Origin: an uncultured delta proteobacterium
Lineage (GTDB): Bacteria > Myxococcota_A > Polyangia > Polyangiales > Houyiibacteriaceae
Reading direction: 5' to 3'
NCBI GenBank assembly: GCA_963704865.1
Contig: CAVPIE010000014.1
Coordinates: forward strand, 69,937-133,936
DNA: 64,000 nucleotides
Position 1 is the first letter of the stretch. Each line of letters opens with the position of its first letter. Below, piece after piece: positions 44,138 through 54,962 of the stretch. The notes below the pieces were generated by a model, which worked only from the letters and a program-made list of their open reading frames with translations, was not told the DNA's origin and ran no database searches. Position numbers and translations under genes: made by a program.

Positions 44138-45145
44138 TCAGAATGTCTTACGGATCGCCTTCAAGAGTGCAACCCCCTCGGGGCCCATCTCTTTCGCGAT
44201 ACGGTCCGGAACGCCCTTCTGCTTCGCCTTGAAGGCCGCAAGCTCCGCCTCCGTGGGCTCGTAGATTTCGTACCCGTAGCGCGCCAAGTTCTTGAGCAAG
44301 ACCGGCTCTATCTTTCGGACTTGGTCTCGCCCCCACACGGTGAGGTCGTGGGGCATGGTGGTGATTACTTCCTGGATGTCCTTTGGAAGGGTGTCGAACC
44401 ACTTTTTGGAGTAAACGAGCAGCGCGGGCTGGTAGCAATGGCGGCTGAGGAAGATGTGGCGCTCGCCTTCCTTGAGACCCTGGTACCAACTGGCCGCCAT
44501 CGCAAAGAGCGGCGTGTTGTCGAAACCGTCGACGACTCCGGTCTGCACACTCATCAGCGTATTGCCGTTGTCGATCGGGACCGGAGTCGCGCCGAATGCC
44601 TCGTAGGTTTCGACATGCACCATCGATTCTTGCGAACGGAACCGAATCCCGGCCATGTCGCTGGGTTTGCGGATTTTCTGGTTACTGAAGTAGGACCGGT
44701 ATCCGTTCTCTGCCCATATCCCGAAGATGAGCCCTCGCTTTGCAAGGACCTTCTTGACCTGTTCGGTGACCTCGGGCGTGTCGAGCGCCTTATCCGCGCT
44801 GGCAAAGGTCTCGAAGACGTACGGGGCCTCGATGACATTGACCTCTCGAACGATCGAGCTCATGCCGCCGACGGAGCCAGCAAACGCTTGCATGCTGCCC
44901 ATCTGAACCCTGCGCGCCATCGACCGCTCGTTGCCGCGCCCGAGCCGAAGCTTCACTTTCAACCGACCGTTGGTCTTTTCCTGGACCTCGGCCTTGAAAC
45001 GTTGAAGCTGTTCGGCCCATGGGCTTCCTTTTGGAGCCACGGTGCCGACCTCCATGATGAACTCCGGATCTTCCGCGGTCGCGGGGCCGACGATGGTCAA
45101 GGATAGGGCGAGCAGCGCTCCGGAAAAGAAGATCGATCTACGCAT
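44138..45145 (-). CDS. TRAP-type periplasmic solute-binding protein (DctP family), orphan
   Basis: Signal peptide MRRSIFFSGALLALSLTIVGPATA. DctP-like sequence. No dctQM present. First gene of the kinase/phosphatase/atoE operon. Confidence 0.85.
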   Translation of the reverse strand: MRRSIFFSGALLALSLTIVGPATAEDPEFIMEVGTVAPKGSPWAEQLQRFKAEVQEKTNGRLKVKLRLGRGNERSMARRVQMGSMQAFAGSVGGMSSIVREVNVIEAPYVFETFASADKALDTPEVTEQVKKVLAKRGLIFGIWAENGYRSYFSNQKIRKPSDMAGIRFRSQESMVHVETYEAFGATPVPIDNGNTLMSVQTGVVDGFDNTPLFAMAASWYQGLKEGERHIFLSRHCYQPALLVYSKKWFDTLPKDIQEVITTMPHDLTVWGRDQVRKIEPVLLKNLARYGYEIYEPTEAELAAFKAKQKGVPDRIAKEMGPEGVALLKAIRKTF

Positions 45146-45297
45146 GAGGCACTTTCTAGTCAGTTGGGGAGGGGAAATAAAGAACCAAAGTCTTTGGGCG
45201 GCTCACGGATCGCTGACCTTAGCGGAATTCTCAGCGCCCGTCTTGCGCCGGGCGTGTCTGGATTTGACCGCCGCGTCGTCTGGCCCAGAATCTCCGC

Positions 45298-45843
45298 ATG
45301 GCATTCTCCGGACCCCGAATCCTGGGCCTCTCGCTCCTTCTACTCGCGGCCGCCACCCCGGCCACCGCGGACAGCGCGAGCGACGCCCAACTGGCAGCTG
45401 ACGTCCGGGATGCGATTGGACGGTTCCAGGAAAAGGACAGCACGTTCAAGGCCAGCCTCGAAAAGCTGGTCGGCTACGCGATCTTCCCCGAGGTCGCCAA
45501 AGGCGGGTTCATCGTGGGCGGCGCCGGGGGCCGGGGCGAGGTGTATGAAGGGGGCAAGCTCATCGGACACGCAAAGCTCTCCCAAGGGACCATAGGCGCG
45601 CAGATCGGCGGACAGAAATTCGCCGAGATCATCCTCTTCAAGACCAAGTCGGCGCTCAACCGCTTCAAAAAGAACAGACTCGAGCTCAGCGCCCAGGCAA
45701 CGGCCAACGCGGCCGACCAAGGAGCCGCGGCCAAAGCCAAATACGCGGACGGCATAGCGATCATCATCCTTCCGACCGCCGGGCTGATGGCGGAAGCGAG
45801 CGTCGGCGGACAGAAGCTCAAATTCGCGCCGCTAAAGGAGTGA
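45298..45843 (+). CDS. SYLF-domain (Ysc84-like, DUF500) lipid-binding protein, secreted
   Basis: Signal peptide, then YAIFPEVAKGGFIVGGAGGRGEVY..GTIGAQIGGQKFAEIILF, typical of SYLF. Confidence 0.75.
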   Translation: MAFSGPRILGLSLLLLAAATPATADSASDAQLAADVRDAIGRFQEKDSTFKASLEKLVGYAIFPEVAKGGFIVGGAGGRGEVYEGGKLIGHAKLSQGTIGAQIGGQKFAEIILFKTKSALNRFKKNRLELSAQATANAADQGAAAKAKYADGIAIIILPTAGLMAEASVGGQKLKFAPLKE

Positions 45844-45848
45844 CCGTG

Positions 45849-46262
45849 ATGGATGAGGCAATCGGAGGATCCTGCGTCTGCGGCGCCGTGGCCTTTCGCA
45901 TCGAACACCCGTTCCGTGGGTTTCAGTACTGCCACTGCAGCCGGTGTCGGAAAAAGACCGGCTCTTCGCACGTGGCCAACATCTTCGTCCCCGTCGGTCA
46001 GTTCCACTGGGAGCGGGGAGAAGACAAGGTCCGCCGATTCGAGCTGCCCACCGCGAAGTATTGGTCCACGGCTTTTTGTACGGACTGCGGCTCGGCGATG
46101 CCCTGGCTGACGAGGAACGGCAAAGTGATGGTCGTCGGCGCTGGTGCGCTCGACGGCGATCCGGGAGTCAAACCCAAATTCAGCGTCCACTACGACTCCC
46201 GGGCCCCCTGGTACGTACACGTTTCCGATCTCGAAATGCACGGGACGATCCCTGCATCCTAA
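45849..46262 (+). CDS. GFA-family protein (glutathione-dependent formaldehyde-activating/CENP-V-like zinc protein)
   Basis: CVCGAVAF..YCHCSRCRKKTGSSH..FCTDCGS Cys clusters. ATG 45849 lies 9 nt after AAGGAG; the ORF track starts at the GTG at 45840. Confidence 0.8.
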   Translation: MDEAIGGSCVCGAVAFRIEHPFRGFQYCHCSRCRKKTGSSHVANIFVPVGQFHWERGEDKVRRFELPTAKYWSTAFCTDCGSAMPWLTRNGKVMVVGAGALDGDPGVKPKFSVHYDSRAPWYVHVSDLEMHGTIPAS

Positions 46263-46300
46263 GTTACCCTCGCAGCCTGGTGTCGAGTGGAGGTGTACGG

Positions 46301-47362
46301 ATGGCGCGTGCGTGTGCGGGATGGGTCGGGTTGTTGCTCTTTGCGTTTGGCTGCGGGTCTTCCTCGGGGGCTGCGCCCATCGACCCGGTGGCAACCGCAT
46401 ACTGCGCGGCGTGCTCCGAATTCCCGAACTGCGAGCGTGTGGTCAACGAGACGATCAACGTCAACTGCACCGAGGAGACCCGCGCCTGGTATTCTTGTGC
46501 AACGGAAAACGCCTGTGACAGTACGGCGTGCGACGCCGAGTGGGACGAACGAGAGATTTGTATGGGAGATTCACCCGCAGACCTGGTGCGCGATCGAATC
46601 AGGCTTCTCGCGCCGTCCGCCAACCTCGGTCATCGTGGCACTGGGAAGACACGGGCGGGCCATCCATTCCCGGAGAACTCGATTTCTTCGTTCCGCGCAG
46701 CGATGGACGCAGGGGCCGATGGCCTCTCGCTCGACGTGGAGATCACACAGGACGGGCAGGTGATCGTGATGCACGACGATACGCTCGATCGAACCACCAA
46801 TTGCGCCGGCTGCGTCAGCGCAATGACCTTCGACGAAATCCGGGCCTGTCGCTTGCGCGATGGCGCCGGCGCCGTGACGGAAGAACGGCCGCCGACGTTG
46901 CTCGAGGTCTACAGCGCGATCGGCGGGAACGCGATCATGGACGTTGAGCTAAAGGTCTTCGACTCCGAGTGTTTGACCGATACGACCGGGCCCGAGCAGT
47001 TGGTTGCGGCTGTACTCGATGAAGTCACGCTCATCGGTGGAGAAGATCGAACCATCTTCTCCTCGTTCGATGAAACCGTCGCGGAGCTCGTCAAGACGGC
47101 GCGCCCCGGGTACTACTCCGCCCTCCTCTCGTCGAATCCAGGCCCGGAGCTCGTCGGAACGGCGTTGCGCCTGGAGCAAGACGCGATCCATCCGCTCTTC
47201 TCCATCACGGCCGAGACGGTTCAAGCCGCGCTTGATGCTGGCCTGCAGGTCAACGTTTGGACGGTGAATACGGCCGAATTCATGCAGGCCCAGCTCGACA
47301 AGGGCACGACCGCGATCATCACCGACGACCCCGCTGTCTTGGCCGAGCTGCTCGGACGCTAG
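46301..47362 (+). CDS. glycerophosphodiester phosphodiesterase lipoprotein with Cys-rich N-terminal domain
   Basis: ORF trimmed to MARACAGWVGLLLFAFGCG (lipobox). Eight further Cys in about 60 aa. GDPD motifs LGHRGTG..PENS and DVEITQDGQVIVMHDDTLDRTT. Confidence 0.85.
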   Translation: MARACAGWVGLLLFAFGCGSSSGAAPIDPVATAYCAACSEFPNCERVVNETINVNCTEETRAWYSCATENACDSTACDAEWDEREICMGDSPADLVRDRIRLLAPSANLGHRGTGKTRAGHPFPENSISSFRAAMDAGADGLSLDVEITQDGQVIVMHDDTLDRTTNCAGCVSAMTFDEIRACRLRDGAGAVTEERPPTLLEVYSAIGGNAIMDVELKVFDSECLTDTTGPEQLVAAVLDEVTLIGGEDRTIFSSFDETVAELVKTARPGYYSALLSSNPGPELVGTALRLEQDAIHPLFSITAETVQAALDAGLQVNVWTVNTAEFMQAQLDKGTTAIITDDPAVLAELLGR

Positions 47363-48783
47363 GCGCCAATCCGAGGCCAGGGCGCTGCCGCTTCGATCTC
47401 CAGCGCCAGCTCGAGAAGCGTTCGTTCATCACCGAGCGGCGATGCGAGCTGCACGCCCAAAGGCATTCCATCTTCACTACGGCCCAGGGGTAGCGAGATC
47501 GCAGGGCCTCCCGACACGTTCTGGGTCGGGGTGAACGGGATGAACCATTTCAGTCGCTCCAACGCCGTGTCGAACGGGACAGAGGGGCCGATGTAGCCGT
47601 GCTCCGGCGATGGCATGGCGACGGTGGGGTTCATCAAGACGTCGTACTGATCGAAGCAGCGTCCGTATTGATGAGCGAACTTCCTCAAACGCCAAATGGC
47701 CGCGGGCGCCTTTTGCATGTTTGCTTTGAAGTAGTCCGCGAGACCACTGGTGAAGTCCTCGACCTTCGACGCGTCGAAATCCGGATGAACGACTCGCGTT
47801 CCAAATCGAGTGACTGCGAAACTGAGCATCGACCAAAACAAGAAAAAGTCCTCGAGAAACCCATCGTCGAACGGTCGCACGACCCGCTCGACCGAATGGC
47901 CAAGACCTTCGAGCAGCTTGGCCGCGTCGGTCACGGCCGCCACGCAGTCCGGGTGTGATGGCGTGCTTTCATCGAGGTCCGTGAAGAAGCCAACCCGCAG
48001 CCGCCGGCCAGGGTGAGTCACCAGCCCGATCTCGGGCAGCTTGGGATTGCGATAGTAACGCTCCGCGGCGTGGTAGAAGACGGCCGTATCGCGCACCGAG
48101 CGGCTCAGGATCCCTTGGTGGACGATCTTGACCGGGAATAGTCTGGCTCCATCCATATCGACGAGCCGACCGCGCGAGGGTTTGAGGCCGACCAGCCCAC
48201 AACACGACGCAGGAATCCGCGTCGAGCCTCCCCCGTCGTTCGCGTGCGCGATTGGAACGACCCCTGCAGCCACGAGCGCGGCAGACCCACCGGAAGAGCC
48301 ACCAGGAGAGAACCCCAATCGCCACGGATTGTGGGTGGCGCCATAGACCAGCGCCTCGGTAGTTCCAGTGAGCCCGAACTCGGGCATGGTGGTCTTGCCG
48401 AGGTTGATCAGACCAGGAGACAAGAACTGCTCTACGAAGGGCGAGTTCTTCTCCGAAGGGCGATTCGGGAGCCCGCGCGAACCATGCAAGAGCGGCGCGC
48501 CTGCGACGGCTTCGTTGTCCTTGATGAATGAGGGCACGCCGGCGAGGGCCCCCGACCGAAACCGCCCGGCTTCTTTTCGAGCAGCATCGAAAAGCGGGGT
48601 AGCGATCGCATTGAGAGATGGGTTCACCCGCTCCGCTCGGGCGATGGCCGCGTCGACGGCCTCGTGCGCGTTGATCTCGCGGCTTTCAATGCGCCGCGCG
48701 ATTTCTACCGCATCGGCCGTCCCGAGAACATCCTCGCAGAATGCGCTTACACGCCTTCTTTCCTTCACTCGCTCAGCTCGCAC
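47359..48783 (-). CDS. amidase (amidase-signature family)
   Basis: [14 protein letters not shown] and catalytic Ser-cisSer-Lys context (KDN..., GGSTRIPAS). Confidence 0.9.
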   Translation of the reverse strand: MRAERVKERRRVSAFCEDVLGTADAVEIARRIESREINAHEAVDAAIARAERVNPSLNAIATPLFDAARKEAGRFRSGALAGVPSFIKDNEAVAGAPLLHGSRGLPNRPSEKNSPFVEQFLSPGLINLGKTTMPEFGLTGTTEALVYGATHNPWRLGFSPGGSSGGSAALVAAGVVPIAHANDGGGSTRIPASCCGLVGLKPSRGRLVDMDGARLFPVKIVHQGILSRSVRDTAVFYHAAERYYRNPKLPEIGLVTHPGRRLRVGFFTDLDESTPSHPDCVAAVTDAAKLLEGLGHSVERVVRPFDDGFLEDFFLFWSMLSFAVTRFGTRVVHPDFDASKVEDFTSGLADYFKANMQKAPAAIWRLRKFAHQYGRCFDQYDVLMNPTVAMPSPEHGYIGPSVPFDTALERLKWFIPFTPTQNVSGGPAISLPLGRSEDGMPLGVQLASPLGDERTLLELALEIEAAAPWPRIGA

Positions 48784-48812
48784 ATCGAGCCATTATCACA
48801 TAGCCTCGCGCC

Positions 48813-49748
48813 ATGGCATCCGGATCTACCAAGGCGATTTTAGCCGCCCTTTTCGCCAATCTCGGCATCGCGATCGCAAAGTTCGTCGGTTACGCTTTCA
48901 CTTCTTCCTCGTCGATGCTGGCCGAAGCCATCCACTCGGTCGCCGACACCTCCAATCAGGCGCTGCTGCTGCTCGGAGGCCGGCGAGCCAGCATGGATGC
49001 AACCCCCGAGCATCCGTTCGGATTCGGACGGGAGCGCTATTTCTGGTCGTTCATCGTCGCGCTCGTGCTCTTCACGCTGGGCGGGCTCTTTGCGATCTTC
49101 GAAGGCGTGCACAAGCTGGGTGAGGCAAGCCACGAGGTCTCCAACGTCGAGTGGGCGATCGGGATTCTCACATTCGCCATCATTCTGGAAGGATACTCGT
49201 TTTACACGGCCGTCAAGGAGTCGCGAGCGCTCAAGGGGCAGGCTTCCTGGTGGGAGTTCATTCGCCACTCGCGTACGCCGGAGCTTCCGGTCGTGCTCCT
49301 CGAGGACTTTGGGGCGCTGCTGGGCTTGGCGCTTGCGTTGCTCGGCGTATCGCTGGCGGCCATCACCAGCGACTCCCGTTGGGACGCGTACGGCACCATC
49401 TCGATCGGGGTGCTCCTGGTCGTGATTGCAGCGGTCCTCGTCTTCGAGATGAAAAGCCTGTTGATCGGCGAATCGGCGCTCGGGAGCATGCGAAGGACGA
49501 TCGTCCGGGCCATCGAAGAGACCCCGGACGTGAAACGACTCCTTCACATGCGTACCCAGCACATCGGTCCCGACGAGCTTTTGGTCGCGGCCAAAGTTCA
49601 GCTCGAGCCGGGCCTCGACACCAGGAGGGTCGCGGCCGCGATCAACCAAACCGAAAAACACATCCGCGAAGCGGTTCCAATCCGCTGCATGATCTATCTC
49701 GAGCCCGACGTATTCGACCCCGATCACCCCGAGCTCGCCCGGGGCTGA
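48813..49748 (+). CDS. cation diffusion facilitator (CDF) family metal efflux transporter
   Basis: Six TM helices, SMLAEAIHSVADTSNQ (HxxxD), C-terminal cytoplasmic CDF domain. Confidence 0.9.
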   Translation: MASGSTKAILAALFANLGIAIAKFVGYAFTSSSSMLAEAIHSVADTSNQALLLLGGRRASMDATPEHPFGFGRERYFWSFIVALVLFTLGGLFAIFEGVHKLGEASHEVSNVEWAIGILTFAIILEGYSFYTAVKESRALKGQASWWEFIRHSRTPELPVVLLEDFGALLGLALALLGVSLAAITSDSRWDAYGTISIGVLLVVIAAVLVFEMKSLLIGESALGSMRRTIVRAIEETPDVKRLLHMRTQHIGPDELLVAAKVQLEPGLDTRRVAAAINQTEKHIREAVPIRCMIYLEPDVFDPDHPELARG

Positions 49749-49755
49749 GCTCGAG

Positions 49756-50787
49756 CTACCAGTCGATGATCGCGGCGCCCCAAGTGAAGCCAGAGCCAAA
49801 AGCCACGGTGGCGATCTTCATTCCGCGCTCGAGCCTGCCCTCGCCCTGTGCTTCAGCCAGCATGATCGGGATGGTCGCGGCCGTGGTATTGCCATAGCGC
49901 TCGATGTTGTGGAAGAGCTTGTCTTCGGGAATGCCGAGTTGCTTCGCAACGTACTGATTGATTCTCAGGTTCGCCTGATGAAAGAAGAACAGGTCGACGT
50001 CGTCCAGGGTCAGGCTCTGCTTCTGGAACTCTTTCATGAGGGCGCCGATCATGCGCTCGACCGCGTTCTTGAAGACCAGACGCCCCGACATGCGTGCGTA
50101 CATGTGAGTGGGGTCGACCTGCCCGACGCCTTCTTCATTGCGCGGAATGAAGGGTCGCTTGCTGATATCCCAGATCTTTTGAGAAAGTGCATCGGCATGA
50201 CGCCCATCTGCCCCGAGGTGCCAGCTCCGAACGCCGCGGTCTTCGTCCGTCGCGCTGACGATGACTGCGCCTGCACCGTCGCCGAACAGCGAGGCGACGT
50301 CGCGCCCGTCCGTGCTCAGATCGAGTGCCGCCGAGTGAACCTCGGCGCCGACGACGACGACGTTGTCGACGGAGCCGGACTGCACCATCGATGCTGCGGT
50401 CACGAGGCCGTACAAGAACCCGGAGCACTGGTTTCTCACGTCCAGGCAGCCGACGAAGTGGCCGACGTCATCGTCGGTCAGCCCGAGCTTGGTTTGAAGA
50501 TAGACCCCCGACCCCGGAAAGGCGTGGTCTGGGGACAGCGTCGCAAAAACGATCATCCCGATGTCGGTCTTCGCAAGCCCCGCTCGTTCGAGCGCCATCT
50601 GGACGGCGGGAACCGCTAGATCCGACGTGCCGACCCCCGCGGGTGCGAAACGGCGCGCTGCGATGCCCGTGCGCTTCTCGATCCATTCGTGGCTGGTGTC
50701 GATCCCGTAGCGTTTCGAGAGATCGTCGTTGCTGACAACGTCGTCAGGCACGTAGAAGCCGGTTCCAGAAATGTACGCGTTCGGCAA
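49756..50787 (-). CDS. fabH: 3-oxoacyl-ACP synthase III
   Basis: FabH-type sequence with active-site Cys context (NQCSGFLYGL), FHQANLRI, and GNTTAATIP (Asn). Confidence 0.9.
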   Translation of the reverse strand: MPNAYISGTGFYVPDDVVSNDDLSKRYGIDTSHEWIEKRTGIAARRFAPAGVGTSDLAVPAVQMALERAGLAKTDIGMIVFATLSPDHAFPGSGVYLQTKLGLTDDDVGHFVGCLDVRNQCSGFLYGLVTAASMVQSGSVDNVVVVGAEVHSAALDLSTDGRDVASLFGDGAGAVIVSATDEDRGVRSWHLGADGRHADALSQKIWDISKRPFIPRNEEGVGQVDPTHMYARMSGRLVFKNAVERMIGALMKEFQKQSLTLDDVDLFFFHQANLRINQYVAKQLGIPEDKLFHNIERYGNTTAATIPIMLAEAQGEGRLERGMKIATVAFGSGFTWGAAIIDW

Positions 50788-50913
50788 GGTTCCTCCAGGG
50801 CCTCTTCTCGTGCCAGTATGCCAGCAATCGCAGCCCGTCTGGCCGGAATTCCGAGTGGTCGACGGCGCGAATCCCGTCTGGCAGGGTCGCTGCTTCCGGG
50901 GAGAGGGTTAGTC

Positions 50914-51747
50914 GTGAAAAGCTTCGAAAACAAGGTGGCCGCCATCACAGGCGCCGGCTCTGGCATCGGCCGCGCGCTCGCCATCGAGCTAGGTCGCCAC
51001 AAATGCGACGTCGCGCTATCCGACGTGAACGAGGAAGGATTGCTTGACACCGTCGAGCAAGTGCGAAGGCTCGGCGTTCACGTGACGTCTCAGAAGGTGG
51101 ACGTAGCCGATCGTGAAGCAGTCCATGCTTGGGCAGACCAGGTCGTGGACGAGCACGGCAAGGCAAACCTCATCTTCAACAACGCCGGCGTGGCACTTGC
51201 TAGCACGGTCGAAGGCATGAGCTATGGCGACTTCGAATGGCTGATGGATGTGAACTTTTGGGGTGTCGTCCACGGCACCAAGGCGTTTTTGCCGCATCTC
51301 AAAGCCTCGGGTGACGGACACATCATCAACATCTCGAGTGTGTTCGGCTTGGTAGGGATTCCAAGTCAGAGCGCCTACAACTCGGCCAAGTTTGCCGTGC
51401 GCGGCTTCACCGAATCACTGCGCCAAGAGCTTGACATGATGAGCTACGGCGTCAGCGCATCGAGCGTCCACCCTGGCGGAATCAAGACGGGGATCGCCCG
51501 CTCCTCCCGGATCGACCGCAGCGTATGCGACCTCGGCATCAGCGATATCGACAGTAGGGAGAAATTCGAGAAATCATTCATCACTGGCGCCGACAAAGCG
51601 GCGCGTGTGATCCTCGACGGCGTACGGCGCAATCAACGACGAATTTTGGTCGGCCCGGACGCGAGAGTATTCGACTGGATCGTGAGGCTGCTACCTTCCA
51701 CCTACCAGCGAATCACCATCGGTTATTCCAAGTTCAGCGCCAAATAG
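50914..51747 (+). CDS. SDR-family oxidoreductase
   Basis: ORF trimmed to a GTG at 50914 (VKSFENKVAAITGAGSGIGRALA). NNAG, YNSAKFAV. Confidence 0.8.
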   Translation: MKSFENKVAAITGAGSGIGRALAIELGRHKCDVALSDVNEEGLLDTVEQVRRLGVHVTSQKVDVADREAVHAWADQVVDEHGKANLIFNNAGVALASTVEGMSYGDFEWLMDVNFWGVVHGTKAFLPHLKASGDGHIINISSVFGLVGIPSQSAYNSAKFAVRGFTESLRQELDMMSYGVSASSVHPGGIKTGIARSSRIDRSVCDLGISDIDSREKFEKSFITGADKAARVILDGVRRNQRRILVGPDARVFDWIVRLLPSTYQRITIGYSKFSAK

Positions 51748-51763
51748 CTCCGTCGGATCCCCA

Positions 51764-52315
51764 GTGAAGCTCAAATACATCCCCAACGTGATTTGCGTCC
51801 TGCGCATCATCTTGGTAGCGCCGATCGTCTGGACCCTATTGCAGGGGCGCTATGGACTGGCCTTGGGTTTGATCCTGCTGGCGGGCTTCTCGGACGCTCT
51901 GGATGGATTTTTGGCCCGGCGTTTCGACTGGCGGACGCGTTTGGGCGGCCTTCTCGACCCCGCGGCGGACAAACTGCTGATGTTCGCCGCATACGTCACG
52001 CTAGCCTGGATTGGACTGGTGCCGATTTGGTTCTCGGCGATCGTCATCGGTCGCGACATCATCATCATCACCGGAGCCATCGTCTACCAACTCTACGTGG
52101 CGCCGGTCCGCGGCGAACCGACCGGCGCCAGCAAGCTAAACACCGTCCTCCAGATCCTCTTCGCCCTATTCACAATCAGCCACGCCTGGCGCGGCCAACC
52201 CCCCATGCTCGCATTGCAGCTCCTGGGCGCCGCCATCCTCGCGACGATCGCCATCAGCACCATCCAATACGTAACCACGGGCCTCACCCGCGCCCGCCAA
52301 AAGGGGACACGCTAG
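51764..52315 (+). CDS. CDP-alcohol phosphatidyltransferase family protein
   Basis: DALDGFLARRFDWRTRLGGLLDPAADK matches D-x2-DG-x2-AR-x8-G-x3-D-x3-D. Polytopic membrane protein. Confidence 0.85.
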   Translation: MKLKYIPNVICVLRIILVAPIVWTLLQGRYGLALGLILLAGFSDALDGFLARRFDWRTRLGGLLDPAADKLLMFAAYVTLAWIGLVPIWFSAIVIGRDIIIITGAIVYQLYVAPVRGEPTGASKLNTVLQILFALFTISHAWRGQPPMLALQLLGAAILATIAISTIQYVTTGLTRARQKGTR

Positions 52316-52339
52316 GGACCGACCTGAAACGCAATGTCC

Positions 52340-53023
52340 CTATGGCTGCGGCAGTTGCGTGCCGGGGGTTTTGCCTTCCATTCGGTGGGAGACGAAGGCT
52401 TCTAGGGTCTGGTGTTGGAGATAGGGGTTTTCTTTGAGCTCTTCGTCGAGGGTCGAGACCGTGACGGGGCCATAATTGTGGCCCGGGTACATGCGGGTGT
52501 CTCTGGGGAGTGCTTCGGTGAGGCACTTGAGCGTTTGGTACATGACCTCCGGGTCGCCGCCGACGAAGTCGCAGCGTCCGCAGCCTTGGATGAAAAGTGT
52601 GTCGCCGGTGACGATGGCGTCCCGAAGGCGAAACGTGGTCGAACCCGGCGTGTGACCGGGCGTATGCACCATCGTGACCTCGAGATGGTCGCCGATCCGC
52701 AGGATGTCGCCCGGGCTGTGACGCTGCAGGTTCTCGCAGCGAAAACCTGAGAAGTCGATTTCTTCACCGAGCATGTGCACCGGCACGTCTCGCTTCTCGA
52801 GAATTTCGTCCACGCGATTCACGTGGTCGAAGTGACTGTGAGTGCAGAGAATGTTGCTGATCTCGACGTCGAGCCGCTTGGCCTCTTCGAGAATGAAACC
52901 CGCATCCCACGCCGGGTCGACGACCGCGCATTCCCGCGTGGCCTTGTCGCCAACGAAGTAGATGAAATTGTCCCAGGGGCCAAGCTCGAACTGATGCACG
53001 AAAACCTCGGACTCGGTGCTCAT
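52340..53023 (-). CDS. MBL-fold thioesterase, hydroxyacylglutathione hydrolase (GloB)-like
   Basis: THSHFDHV, TPGHTPGS, GDTLFIQGCGRCDF. One nucleotide downstream of the adhC stop. Confidence 0.8.
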   Translation of the reverse strand: MSTESEVFVHQFELGPWDNFIYFVGDKATRECAVVDPAWDAGFILEEAKRLDVEISNILCTHSHFDHVNRVDEILEKRDVPVHMLGEEIDFSGFRCENLQRHSPGDILRIGDHLEVTMVHTPGHTPGSTTFRLRDAIVTGDTLFIQGCGRCDFVGGDPEVMYQTLKCLTEALPRDTRMYPGHNYGPVTVSTLDEELKENPYLQHQTLEAFVSHRMEGKTPGTQLPQP

Positions 53024-53024
53024 T

Positions 53025-54134
<1,110 letters not shown>

Positions 54135-54153
54135 GCGTTTCTCCCTTTGTGCC

Positions 54154-54909
54154 TCAGGCACACCTCTCGGCAGCCTCGAACCGGCCTCTCATCTTTCCCA
54201 TCCACAAGCTCATCAGTGCTGGCTTCGGAAGACCGAGCGAACGCAGCTCGTCCGCGATTGGGTGTGCACCCAGCGCCATTTTCACGCCGCCAAGCCGAAC
54301 GCCGAGATTTTCAGCGCTCGATATGAACGGCGTCCGATACAGCGTCCCGTCGATGTAGCTGTAGGTGCAAAGCTCCTGCTCAGGAAAGGCGCGATTTCCG
54401 CCGATCGGGAAACTGATCTTCAGCACGTTTTGCCCGTCCTTGTTCCACACGCATCGGGCGCGGTCGCCGCTCGTGTCGAAATCGATTTCATCGACCGTCT
54501 TGGGAAACCCCCAAATCGTTTGCCCGGCCTCGCAGGTGAAGGGCTGATTCACCGGAAGATGAATGATGTGCGTTGGGAGAACCCCCCGAATCATGTCGAT
54601 TCCCGCGCCCATGAACGGAACGCCCTTGCGATCACCACGCTTGCGAACGAAGAACGCAATCGAAACCTCATTGTAGTCGCCTAGGTCATTGTCGCGGTAG
54701 TCGATGCACGCGATACTGAGCAGCCCGCGCCCTGGGAGCACTTGGGCGATCTCGAGCTCGGGCCCGGGGAGCAGCGCCTGGGCCGCCTGCGCGCTGACGA
54801 GCCAAGTCGCCGTCGCAGAGCATGCATCCCGAACGACACATGGCATCGTCACGTTGCGGCCCTGAATCAGATAATGGCTGGGTTGGCGCTCATGCCGTTC
54901 GGCTTTCAT
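54154..54909 (-). CDS. acetoacetate decarboxylase (ADC)-family protein
   Basis: ORF trimmed to MKAERHE (ATG 54909). [21 protein letters not shown] resembles the ADC-family core (LPV..e.....GreiWGfPK). Confidence 0.6.
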   Translation of the reverse strand: MKAERHERQPSHYLIQGRNVTMPCVVRDACSATATWLVSAQAAQALLPGPELEIAQVLPGRGLLSIACIDYRDNDLGDYNEVSIAFFVRKRGDRKGVPFMGAGIDMIRGVLPTHIIHLPVNQPFTCEAGQTIWGFPKTVDEIDFDTSGDRARCVWNKDGQNVLKISFPIGGNRAFPEQELCTYSYIDGTLYRTPFISSAENLGVRLGGVKMALGAHPIADELRSLGLPKPALMSLWMGKMRGRFEAAERCA

Positions 54910-54962
54910 TGCCGCGGAGTATATGGAAGGCTCCCGCCACCTGCCACGCAAAGCGCAACACG

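Noticed and set aside
45185-45197. 13-bp palindrome CCAAAGtCTTTGG in the dctP/SYLF divergent spacer as an operator
   Set aside because: It is short, isolated and has no second copy or cognate regulator in the window. It could easily be chance.
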